A DNA stretch of 64,000 nucleotides from Phoronis australis (taxonomy: Eukaryota > Animalia > Phoronida): the NCBI GenBank assembly GCA_002633005.1, contig NMRA01000324.1, positions 8,691-72,690 on the forward strand, in the 5' to 3' direction. Numbering within the stretch: the first letter of the stretch is position 1; every line of letters starts with the position of its first letter. The notes under the pieces were generated by a model. That model was not told the origin of the DNA. It was given only the letters and a program-made list of their open reading frames with translations, and did no database searches. Both the position numbers and the translations under genes were made by a program. Of this stretch, positions 1 through 10,220 are shown piece by piece.

Positions 1-6
1 ACGCCG

Positions 7-93
7 ATGAACATGACGACAGTCGTGCCCTCGGTCACACGGTCACTGATCATAGCTACGCTGTGTTTACAAACGAGAGAAAGGACTGGCTTG
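7..93 (+). CDS. SCO1: SCO exon 1 (tentative; N-terminal presequence)
   Basis: ATG at 7, [29 protein letters not shown], phase-0 donor GTATTA fits exon 2; no homology support. Confidence 0.5.
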
Positions 94-3000
94 GTATTAT
101 AAAGCAAAAAAATGAAACATGGTTTTTAGTTTGCAAATCACTCCAAATGCACACAGTATCCAGCCTGCTCAAGACATGCCTGACCACAAGCTATCCCATG
201 AGCCTTCGCGAAGGAAGTAACTCGCACATTCGCAATGCGTAATTCGTCTGCGCTGCAAATCCACTATTGCCTATTAGCTGAATGGTTAGCACGCTCCGGG
301 GGCAGTGGTTCAATTCCCGGGTCGGGTAATCTCGGCTATTATGACAATTGGGGTGGTCGGCAAATGGATACCGTTGAAGCATTACATTACCCTTGGACCT
401 TAGACAGCATGCTTCATGGTGATCCTAGACCAGGAGTCGAGGACCTTAATGCTAGAAAATCTTGGGGTTCATATGTAAGGCTGCTATCCTGGTGAGGTAA
501 AAGTCCAGGAGTAGAATCTTGTGACGTTCCAGGAGTAGACTCCTGTGTTCACCTACCAGGTGGCGCTTGTTCATAGGAAAGGGGGGAATGTTGTGAAACA
601 TGCTTCCGGTGAATCATATATAAGCCTCTGTTAGTCACTCGCTAACGGACAATTGGCTATTAGCTGAATGGTTAACATACTCACCGGTTATATCGGGGTC
701 GCTGATTCGATTCCCGGGTCGGGTAATCTCAGCTATTACAGCAGATACCTCAGTAACACCAGGAAGAGATAACCATGGTTATCTCTTCCTGGTAACACTG
801 ATTAAATCATCAAAGTGCGCATAGAGGTACACTGTAGGAGGACGTTGTTGTCTTTAGTTCCTTCCAACTCTTCTTCTTCTCATATACAACAAACGATCGT
901 GATATCGATCTTTACATGTACTCCCGTATTCAAACTTTTTTCGAGCAGTCCTTCGTTTAGTTGCCCAAATCGGCAACTGGCCATTTTTACTCTGTGCGCG
1001 CCAATTCAGTGGGAGAATTTCTCCAGATTAAGAAAACTTTTCCAGTTCTGCTGATCAGGAGAATTTGCCCGATTGGAAAAATTTCTCTTAATTTGAGATG
1101 GTGTGAAGAGCTGTATAAATATACAGCTTTGCACTGATGTATCTAAAAAACTTGCCATATAAAATCTGACTCAAAATTACTTTTATAACTACTAATTATA
1201 TACTCTTCTAACTTGTTTGCCGGTGCTAAAAAGTGTTGTTCTAGCGTTATTCTGATGCTAAATTTGTAGAAAAATTACAAAATCTTCTTTTCAGAGTTTT
1301 GGTAACCTGGTATTTATACCTTCAGTTTTAATAGTCGTCATGTTGTTAAATATTTTCAGCTGTTTTCATCTTCAAATTTAGATTTTGTTGTATTTTCTCT
1401 CAGGGCCACACGTCTTACAGCAGTTTCAACCAGTCAAATGTCTCTTTACAAACAACCCTCTGCCGGCGCTGCTTGAGTAATCACGTGGAAAAACCAAAAA
1501 AGGCCCCAAAAACTAAATCAGTAAGTACCCGAAGTTATTTAGTAAGTTCGTAATTTTTGTTTTTAAAGGGTTCATATTACAATGTGATGGCTAATGTTTT
1601 ATAACGGTTGGTATGAAACTTGATAAGGGTAAGTCATTGATTTACTGTTAGTTAGCCATAAAATGTTTTAAAGAAAGTTCTCTTATTGCTCATACTGTGT
1701 CTCATATTTGTATATTTTACCATAATTGCAGTGTTCAAGCAATGGGTAGTGTAGCCATCATGTGTCAGAATTTTATTTTACCCTGTGGATTGTTACAAAG
1801 TGTAGATATTGTGTTTTTCTCTAGCCCATCACTTGGACATCATTGTTTATCACTGCTTGCATTGGAGGTGGTGGACTTCTGTTCATGCTACGAGTCAAAA
1901 AAGAAAAAGAATTACGTAAGTTCAATGAATGAAGGCTAAATGCGGTTAAGAATTAATGGGTAAATGATTATTTTGTTGCAGGTTATATATTTCTGTTTCC
2001 TCCAGTTGGTGAGGGTTTACTGTAAAATCTCGTGAACTTTGGAGAAAAAGAAGTGCAAAATTTGTCTATTTCATATTTTAACATCTTTTAAAATTGTTGT
2101 GGTTAGCCATGCAGCTTTTTACTTGGCGAAATAAATTTCGCCAAGTATGTTGCTCTTCCACTAAGTTTGTTTTTTTTTTTTTTTTTTTTTTCGCNNNNNN
2201 NNNNNNNNNNNNNNNNNNNNNNNNNNNNNNNNNNNNNNNNNNNNNNNNNNNNNNNNNNNNNNNNNNNNNNNNNNNNNNNNNNNNNNNNNNNNNNNNNNNN
2301 NNNNNNNNNNNNNNNNNNNNNNNNNNNNNNNNNNNNNNNNNNNNNNNNNNNNNNNNNNNNNNNNNNNNNNNNNNNNNNNNNNNNNNNNNNNNNNNNNNNN
2401 NNNNNNNNNNNNNNNNNNNNNNNNNNNNNNNNNNNNNNNNNNNNNNNNNNNNNNNNNNNNNNNNNNNNNNNNNNNNNNNNNNNNNNNNNNNNNNNNNNNN
2501 NNNNNNNNNNNNNNNNNNNNNNNNNNNNNNNNNNNNNNNNNNNNNNNNNNNNNNNNNNNNNNNNNNNNNNNNNNNNNNNNNNNNNNNNNNNNNNNNNNNN
2601 NNNNNNNNNNNNNNNNNNNNNNNNNNNNNNNNNNNNNNNNNNNNNNNNNNNNNNNNNNNNNNNNNNNNNNNNNNNNNNNNNNNNNNNNNNNNNNNNNNNN
2701 NNNNNNNNNNNNNNNNNNNNNNNNNNNNNNNNNNNNNNNNNNNNNNNNNNNNNNNNNNNNNNNNNNNNNNNNNNNNNNNNNNNNNNNNNNNNNNNNNNNN
2801 NNNNNNNNNNNNNNNNNNNNNNNNNNNNNNNNNNNNNNNNNNNNNNNNNNNNNNNNNNNNNNNNNNNNNNNNNNNNNNNNNNNNNNNNNNNNNNNNNNNN
2901 NNNNNNNNNNNNNNNNNNNNNNNNNNNNNNNNNNNNNNNNNNNNNNNNNNNNNNNNNNNNNNNNNNNNNNCGCTCTTGCTGCATTCAGGTTGGTTTAGCT

Positions 3001-6000
3001 TCAATTGAACTAGACTGCAGCCTATTTCTTAATGATTTATGACATCTAAATTCGTCATATGAATGTTGTGATGTTGTTCATCATCGCCACCAACATCATC
3101 ATATTCGTCATCATCGTCATCATCTTCGTCATCATCTCCGTCTTTTCCTTAATTTCGCCAAGTGTCGCTCAAGACTAGCCTTTTTCTTACTGATTTCGGA
3201 CTCCTACATTCGTCATGTGTATGTTATTAACTTCTTTTGTTCATCCTCACCACCATCTTCGTCATATTCGTCATCTTCGTCATCATCTTTATCGTCATCT
3301 TTTTGGTTAATTTCGCCAAGGTTCGCTCCTCGGAGCGCTTTCATTTTAAATATTGTCTGTTCATGACTGTGGTATAGAAATGGAACATGACAGAGCATTA
3401 TTTTGGTGCTTTCTTTCTTTGAGGAAATAAAATTTTGCCACCTTGTGTCCTAAACTACTGAGATTTTACCATTATTAGACCCAGACATTAGGTGCTTCCT
3501 CTCATATCCCAACCTACAACATTGAATGCTGCTTACTCCTTGTTAGCACAGCTCATGAGCTTTTGTGACTGACTTCTTTTGTTTGGGGATTAGGTAACAG
3601 AGATAGGTGTGAGTGATAGCACTGCCTAGGTGTAAACAAAAATAGGTGAAGTGCAGGCCATTAAAAGTTGAGCCTTTTCAGTCCTTGAATGACAAACATT
3701 GGTTAGAGAAACTGGACCATTACATCTGTCATTAATACTTCTTTGTTGTGTAATACCAGTCCTGCCCTCTTTTGGCTCTTTGAACCATATTAATAGGCTG
3801 ACTAGGTTCATGTACCTCTCATTGAAACACTTATCTTACTCCTCTTAATTCCCAACCCCAACAGTTTTGAATACAGGTGCTCCTAAATAATGCCAGGCAA
3901 GTAACCATTTGGTGCACCTAATTAATGCCAGCCAAGTAACCATTTGATGTTCCTTTTGAGACCACCCATTGTGTTTTGTGATGAAATCTGCTATAATGGA
4001 ATGAACATTGTGATAAAGAGACATACCGTACTCATCTGGGTTAATGCCCTTGTCAGCGTTATTCAATAGGGAATAAACATTGTGATAAAGAGACATACCG
4101 TACTCATCTGGGTTAATGTTATTCAAAAGGGATAGTCAAAAAGGAAGGCTATGGTTTAAGCTGATCTTAGTGCATAAAAGAAATATCTTTGAGAAGTCAG
4201 GGTGGACATTTACCAAAACAGTTGTTTGACTAAATGTAAGTTCCTTCACCATTTCTTACACTCCCAACTTTGCCAAAAGAACTTTACTTTGCATCTTCAG
4301 TAAAGAGTGGGTATTTTACTGCCAAAATATGGCAAGTTGCCACTGAAAATGAGTGTTTATTTTACAAAGGTAGGCATGTTGCATACATGGGAGATAACTT
4401 TGACAAGTATAGTATCTTACTTGGCAGTATGGCTGATACATTTCACATCTGCGATAATATATCCCATTCAATGTTATATTTTTATGCAGATTCACACTTC
4501 CACTGGAATGTTTCTGTGCGTGCTGGAGTGTGGTTTATCTTTCCCCCCACCTCCCCCCCTCCCTCTCTCCTATCCTTTCCCTCTCCCAATCCCTCTCTCC
4601 AGTCTATCCCGTCTTCTCCCTCTCCCTACCCCTCTCAGTCAGCTCTCAATAAATGAGCTCAAGTGTTATTTTAAACAGTAATAGTTGTTTTAACCTATTA
4701 AAATAGGTGATGAGGCAGAAAGAACCAAGATGATTGGGAAAGTATCGCTGGGCGGAGATTGGGAGCTTGTCAATCATCTGGGACAACCAACCAGCAACAA
4801 GGATTACGTGGGACAGTGGTGTCTGTTGTACTTTGGTTTCTGCCATTGTCCTGACATATGCCCAGATGAATTGGAGAAAATGACGGAAGTTGTGGAGATT
4901 GTTGGTAAGACATGTAAATTTGTCACATTACCATATTCCAAAACTGGTGTTCCATCCAGAAACTAAATTTTGTTTTACACAACTTACCATATTCTATAAA
5001 AGTGGTCTCAACTCGTTCCTTAATCAGAAGTGATTTTTGTTCAAACTAATGTGAAACAAGTTTGAGACAGAATTACTCACTACAAATGCTGTCTGTAAAC
5101 TCTAGCCTGGACGCAGCACAATGGGGGAAGTATTAAATGAGCTTTTGAATTATTTCAGCTGGCAAACGCAATAAAACAAAACAATACATGTTGCTTAAAA
5201 ACAAACATATACCACGGTAAGGGTCACATTTAGTTGTGAATCTTTTTCATGTGCAGTAGCACTAGGATTTGCAAAAAATCCATTTTTGCCTTTTTTACCT
5301 GTTCTGTGGAGCACAACATTCTTTTAACTCTCAGTTTAATGTGCATGGAACATTGTTTTAAACATGACATGGCTGAAAACAATAATGTTGCCACTGTGCT
5401 ATCAATAAAACTGACAGTAATTCGTAAAAGAGGAGGAAGGTGTTGCAATACATAGTTAACATATATTAATTTATTTGGCAATAGTCTGGTATAACGTGTC
5501 CATATTTTGAGAACCGGTTTGATGCCCGTTATTCATTGGAGAAAACTGGTTCTCAAAATTTGGGCACGTTATATCAGACCATTACCATTAATACTGTAAC
5601 AGTAAAATATTGTAATTTTTCAATGATTTAGCCAAAATTTTCCGCTAAAATAAAGAGAAAGAAAATATAATAATGTATTACTGATGAAACAAATTCAGTA
5701 AAGTCTCAATTTATTTTGTAGCAAAGTAGGAAAATGACTGTTTTGGCAATTATTTTTGTGCAATATCAAATTAAGTGGAGAATTACTGTACACACCATCT
5801 TTGCTGCAATTTGACAAAAGTTGAACTTTCCATGGTTTTTTTAATTTCCAAGGGTTTGCGTATTTTCAACACGGAGAAAATGTATTCTCGATGTTAAGTA
5901 CTCTAAGTTCTTCCTGTATGAGTTTGGCAAGTTATGCTGCATTGTTGTTTGCAGACAAAAGTCCCGATGTTCCCAACCTTGTGCCCATGTACATTACTGT

Positions 6001-8909
6001 TGACCCAGCACGTGACACTGTGGATGCTGTGGCTGAATATGTCAAAGGTATTTATATGTTAACAGTTGTATATTAAATGTCTATGTGTTAAACTATAGAT
6101 GGGTGATGTTACAATATGTCAAAGGTATTTATATGTTAACACTTGTATATTAAATATCTATGTGTTAAACTACAGATGGGTGATGTTACAATCTGAGGTT
6201 TTACATTTGTGTGTTAAGCTACAGGGGTCTGTTTCATGAAAAATGACTAAAGACGGAAATTTGGTCTTACGCTTCGCATAACTATTTCTGAAAAATAATT
6301 AAATCTCAATCGAGCAAAATTGCGAAGTCTTTGAAAATATACATGTAAGTGCTAGTAACTGAGATAGTTTTATTAAGTTATCTCTAGACTGTAATGTACC
6401 CATAATTACTTGGCTAAACTTAAATTCCACCACTGTGAAGTGGGAGCGTAAGACCAAATTTTTGTTTGAAGTCTTGTGTCATTTTCATGAAGTGTACCCC
6501 AGGTATTTATGTATGGGTGATGTTACTAGTTGAGATTTAACTTATGAATGATATCATGTGTTTATACATGGGTGATGTTACTAGTTGAGGTTTAACTTAT
6601 GAATGAGGTCATGTGTTTATACATGGGTGCTGTTACTAGTTGAGGTTTAACTTATGAATGATGTCATGTGTTTATACATGGGTGATGTTACTCGTTGAGG
6701 TTTAACTTATGAATGAGGTCATGTGTTTATACATGGGTGCTGTTACTAGTTGAGGTTTAACTTATGAATGATGTCATGTGTTTATGTATGGGTGATGTTA
6801 CTAGTTGAGGTTTAACTTATGAACGATGTCATGTGTTTATGTATGGGTGATGTTACTAGTTGAGGTTTAACTTATGAATGATGTCATGTGTTTATACATG
6901 AGTGATGTTACTAGTTGAGGTTTAACTTATGAATGATGTCATGTATTAAACTACATGTGTTTTTTATGACTGATGTTACTAGCTTAGCTTGCTGTGCCAA
7001 GTAAGCATTTTGAATGAGACCACAAATAATACACCTAACATTACAAATCAAAACTATTCAAAGTGACCCCAAAATCCCCTTCATGATGGCTGGGCAGAAG
7101 TCGAATGCATCATCACACTAGTCTATCTCATGACTGGGAATGAAGGGTAATTAACAGAAAAGTTATTAAGGTGACAAAGCTATCCTTTAATTAGAATGGT
7201 GCAGTCCTCATAGTTATTGTCAGTCACTTTTGCTGTTAACATAATTAGGAAATAATGGTATTTGTTTGTGTACTGTAACAGTTGTCTTGCACTATATGAT
7301 TAGTTTGACATATTTGCACCACATGTAAAGATTTCAACTCACATTTCTACGCTGACTTTATTTTCTTTCCCATATAATGACCTTGTCATGTGACCGTAAA
7401 ATAATCTTTTGGGTGCGTGGACAGGAGACGTGGTTCTTGCACAACCGCATCGAGACCTATGCGACTTAAAAAGCAGTGTTAATACCGGAGTCTTAGTCCA
7501 TTCGCTGCAACTTGATATGTTTTTACGTTGCCTATTGTTTTTTGAACTGTCATGCATTTTCTGCTGTTATGTGAATCGCTTTAATTTGAATATCATTGTA
7601 ATAAAAAGAAAATACTCTTTAGAAGGGCTCAGGATGTCTGGACCTTCCTGCCACTGCTTAACCAAATTATATATTGCAGCAATGTGATCTCTAAGTCACA
7701 TTGCATTAATTTTCATATGAAAAACAAATTGAATGAATTTGATGCGTAGCTTTTCTCAGTATGAAATTAGTATCAGTTTCTACTGTACTTAGGTCGGAAG
7801 TGTTTTCTTGCTTGGGAAGAAACAACAAATCTTTAGTGTTGAGGAATCAACTCCAGCAGTGTGACCGTCAGCTGAATGGGATTAGGGTAGTTCCATGATC
7901 AAACACAAGATGGAGTTACCTGTGATTACCTGGGAATCTACTGACACAAACGCTTTGTGCATTTCAGATTTCTCTCCAAAACTAGTCGGTTTAACTGGTA
8001 CAGAGGACCAGATACGCAAGGTAACCCGAGCGTTCAGGGTTTACTTTAGTGCTGGCCCCAAAGATGAGGATAACGATTATATTGTAAGTACAAGACTACT
8101 TCCTGAGTATTAGAAAAATATTTAGAATATAAGTAGTTTTTTGTTATTTTTCCTAAATACGTTTTTCTGACACATCAGTTTGTTTGCTTTAGGAGACTTG
8201 AAAGCCAAAACTTTGACTATGAGGAGATATTTAGAGTGCCATTTTACTTCTGTCTTTAAGAACATTGTGTTTACATCTCTTGAAGTGAGAGCAACATAAA
8301 GTCGGCACAGGTTAGATATTTCTAAATAGACAGTGCATTGCTATCGATTGGTTTAAACACAAACAGTAAAACTCTCAGTGGCTGTAAGTAGTATGTGTGT
8401 GTCCAAATGAGTTTGAAGTACAAATTACTATAACATTGAATATAAGTTTGTATGTAAGTTGCAAATTTATTACAATTATTGGCATGTGTCCAGTCAGTAA
8501 AGGTAATGTCAGAAAATGCCATTGTATGGGTCCAGTTACATGTTCCTACAGACATCACACTGCACAAGTGCAGAAGTCTTGGTATGCGTGACATTTTTCT
8601 TTTGACATTTACAAATCATGAGTGCAATTTCAGATCAATAAACATGGCGTTATGTTGAAATGATATGACTGTGCAGCTCCTATTTTAAATGGAAGTACGC
8701 AAATGCCACTTTAAGACCTCCGCTGGTTTTGATTCTGACAAATTGTGTGTTTCTGTTTTTTGCAGGTGGACCATTCAATTGTTATGTACTTGATCAACCC
8801 TGATGGACAGTTCTTGGATTACTATGGACAAAATAAAACAGAAAATGAAATAGCCAACAGCATTATTATGCATATGTTTAAGCATAATCAGCTGACAGGC
8901 AAAAAATGA
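7..8909 (+). CDS. SCO1: SCO1/SCO2-family mitochondrial copper chaperone (cytochrome c oxidase assembly), spliced gene, ~281 aa
   Basis: Exons 7-93 (tentative), 1404-1520, 1825-1915, 4707-4904, 5955-6047, 7968-8083, 8766-8909 join in frame with GT-AG sites. Protein has the TM segment [40 protein letters not shown] (CxxxC), ITVDPARD and DYIVDHS (copper-ligand His). SCO1 vs SCO2 cannot be resolved here. Confidence 0.95.
262..743 (+). mobile_element. Miniature non-autonomous LTR element (TRIM-like) with tRNA-like boxes in its LTRs
   Basis: Related blocks 262-346 and 652-743 both end in CA; TGG starts 2 nt after the first; purine tract 575-588 directly precedes TG at 589. The true 5' end is uncertain. 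Confidence 0.55.
758..793. mobile_element. 36-bp perfect palindrome flanked by a GTAACAC direct repeat (micro-MITE)
   Basis: accaggaagagataaccatggttatctcttcctggt; gtaacac at 753-759 and 792-798. Confidence 0.7.
1404..1520 (+). CDS. SCO1: SCO exon 2
   Basis: ttttctctcag acceptor, gtaagt donor; open frame GHTSYSSF...[20 protein letters not shown], transit-peptide-like. Confidence 0.8.
1825..1915 (+). CDS. SCO1: SCO exon 3 (transmembrane anchor)
   Basis: [30 protein letters not shown] resembles the SCO TM region; AG/GTAAG sites. Confidence 0.92.
2195..2970. other. Assembly gap
   Basis: Run of N. Confidence 1.
4707..4904 (+). CDS. SCO1: SCO exon 4 (CxxxC copper-binding motif)
   Basis: [17 protein letters not shown]...[18 protein letters not shown]. 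Confidence 0.97.
5480..5583. mobile_element. Small fold-back MITE
   Basis: ~40-bp imperfect inverted arms aatagtctggtataacgtg...gaaccggttt / aaactggttctcaaaat...cagaccatt. Confidence 0.7.
5955..6047 (+). CDS. SCO1: SCO exon 5
   Basis: [30 protein letters not shown]. Confidence 0.95.
6225..6499. mobile_element. PIF/Harbinger-like MITE
   Basis: TIRs gggtctgtttcatgaaaaatgac / gtcattttcatgaagtgtaccc, inner match aaatttggtcttacgct, 3-bp CAG target duplication. Confidence 0.75.
6505..6955. repeat. 55-bp minisatellite, ~8 copies
   Basis: Unit gggtgatgttactagttgaggtttaacttatgaatgatgtcatgtgtttatacat. Confidence 0.95.
7968..8083 (+). CDS. SCO1: SCO exon 6
   Basis: [38 protein letters not shown]. 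Confidence 0.96.
8766..8909 (+). CDS. SCO1: SCO exon 7 (terminal)
   Basis: [25 protein letters not shown]...GKK, stop TGA 8907-8909. Confidence 0.96.
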   Translation: MDHSIVMYLINPDGQFLDYYGQNKTENEIANSIIMHMFKHNQLTGKK

Positions 8910-10064
8910 TAGAAACTGCAATGGTTTACTAACATATTGGATCAGCTCTGCCTGTGACTGTATGTCAGTTGCATTCATTAGTTGTATGTCTATTGTGGCT
9001 GATGTGTTGCAGAATTGTTTCATGCCTCCTTGTCACTCCTGCTACACTGATTGCTTTGTGGGTAGTTCCAAACAACTGGGCCTCAGACTTGTATTGACAA
9101 TACTGGTAGTTTTCTTTTGCATGCTGCTGTGTCAAATGTTGCAAAGTTTAATTCTGTAGTAGGTGATAAGTTTCTTGAGGGTTCATATGATATACTGTTT
9201 GCAGCACAACTGATAAAAGGCCTTTCAATACATCAGTGCAGAACACTAAATTTGGTTCACATTTCTGGAAGGGTTAATATCCTTTATTACAGTACATGCA
9301 GGCATATGAGCCCATCAGCTGTTATGATCCTCTCCACCTACATCTAGAATCTAAAATATGCCATGCGCTTGAATATGAATCACTTGACACTTGATTTAAA
9401 AAACATTTGGAAACAACATCAAAAGTTTTTTTTTGATTTTAATGCAACTAGATTAAACCATATCATTTTTTAAAAAATGCTTACTAGAAGTCCTTTCAGT
9501 GTTTTTCATACTTGTGTGAGGATACAATTGAAAGCCATATGAAGTCAATCCTAGGTTTTTGTTTGAAATGTTTAATCTACAATCAGCATTGCATCAACGT
9601 TATTGTTCATTTGGTTTACATTAATAGTGTACGGAAATATCCAACAAATGGTACCAGTATAGTATCAAAACAAAGCTATTTGGTACCAAAATTGATACGT
9701 TCAACACTCACTGAAAGTGTGGCTGTTTAAATATTTCCATGCTTTATGTATCAATTCAATCAACTATAATGTGAAGCAAATTAACCCAACCTGAAATCAA
9801 GGTCAGTTTGCAAAAGTCAGTAAGCCACTCGAATCTCTTGTTGACTCTCTCAGAGGTGGATATGCTAATTTTTCATCAAAATATTTAATGAAGTACTCAT
9901 GGGGTGAAAGATCCAACATATACCCTGTTTACTATTGTAGCGGTGGTGTTAGTGCAGCGTTGTGTTTTATGTGTGTGGTGGATGACCGCTGGTGTCGACC
10001 TGACGGATAGATGCTCAGTCGTTTTGATGTTTGAGTATTGAAAAAGCGGGTTGTAAAAGGAGAT

Positions 10065-10220
10065 CAGGGCTGAGTTGCATAAAGCTTCAAAAGTTATCCG
10101 CTGGATAAGTTTGATTGTTGCATGACGTCAGGTGCATTGTTCAACAATAACAACGTGGCGCGTGATAATGCGACGTCATTGTTGGTATACGGCGTATAAC
10201 TTTTATGCAACTGGGCCCTG
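10065..10220. mobile_element. PIF/Harbinger-like MITE
   Basis: TIRs cagggctgagttgcataaa / tttatgcaactgggccctg. Confidence 0.75.

Noticed and set aside
655-725. tRNA gene
   Set aside because: A/B-like boxes are present but no acceptor stem or full cloverleaf; treated as part of a mobile element.
2078-3042. ~300-aa ORFs in the track
   Set aside because: Artefacts of the N gap.
3060-3398. Acidic D/E-rich ORF
   Set aside because: Comes from a duplicated (TCA/TCG)n low-complexity tract in a SCO intron.
4270-4681. Pro/Ser-rich 124-128 aa ORFs
   Set aside because: Result of a C/T-rich low-complexity tract; no homology.
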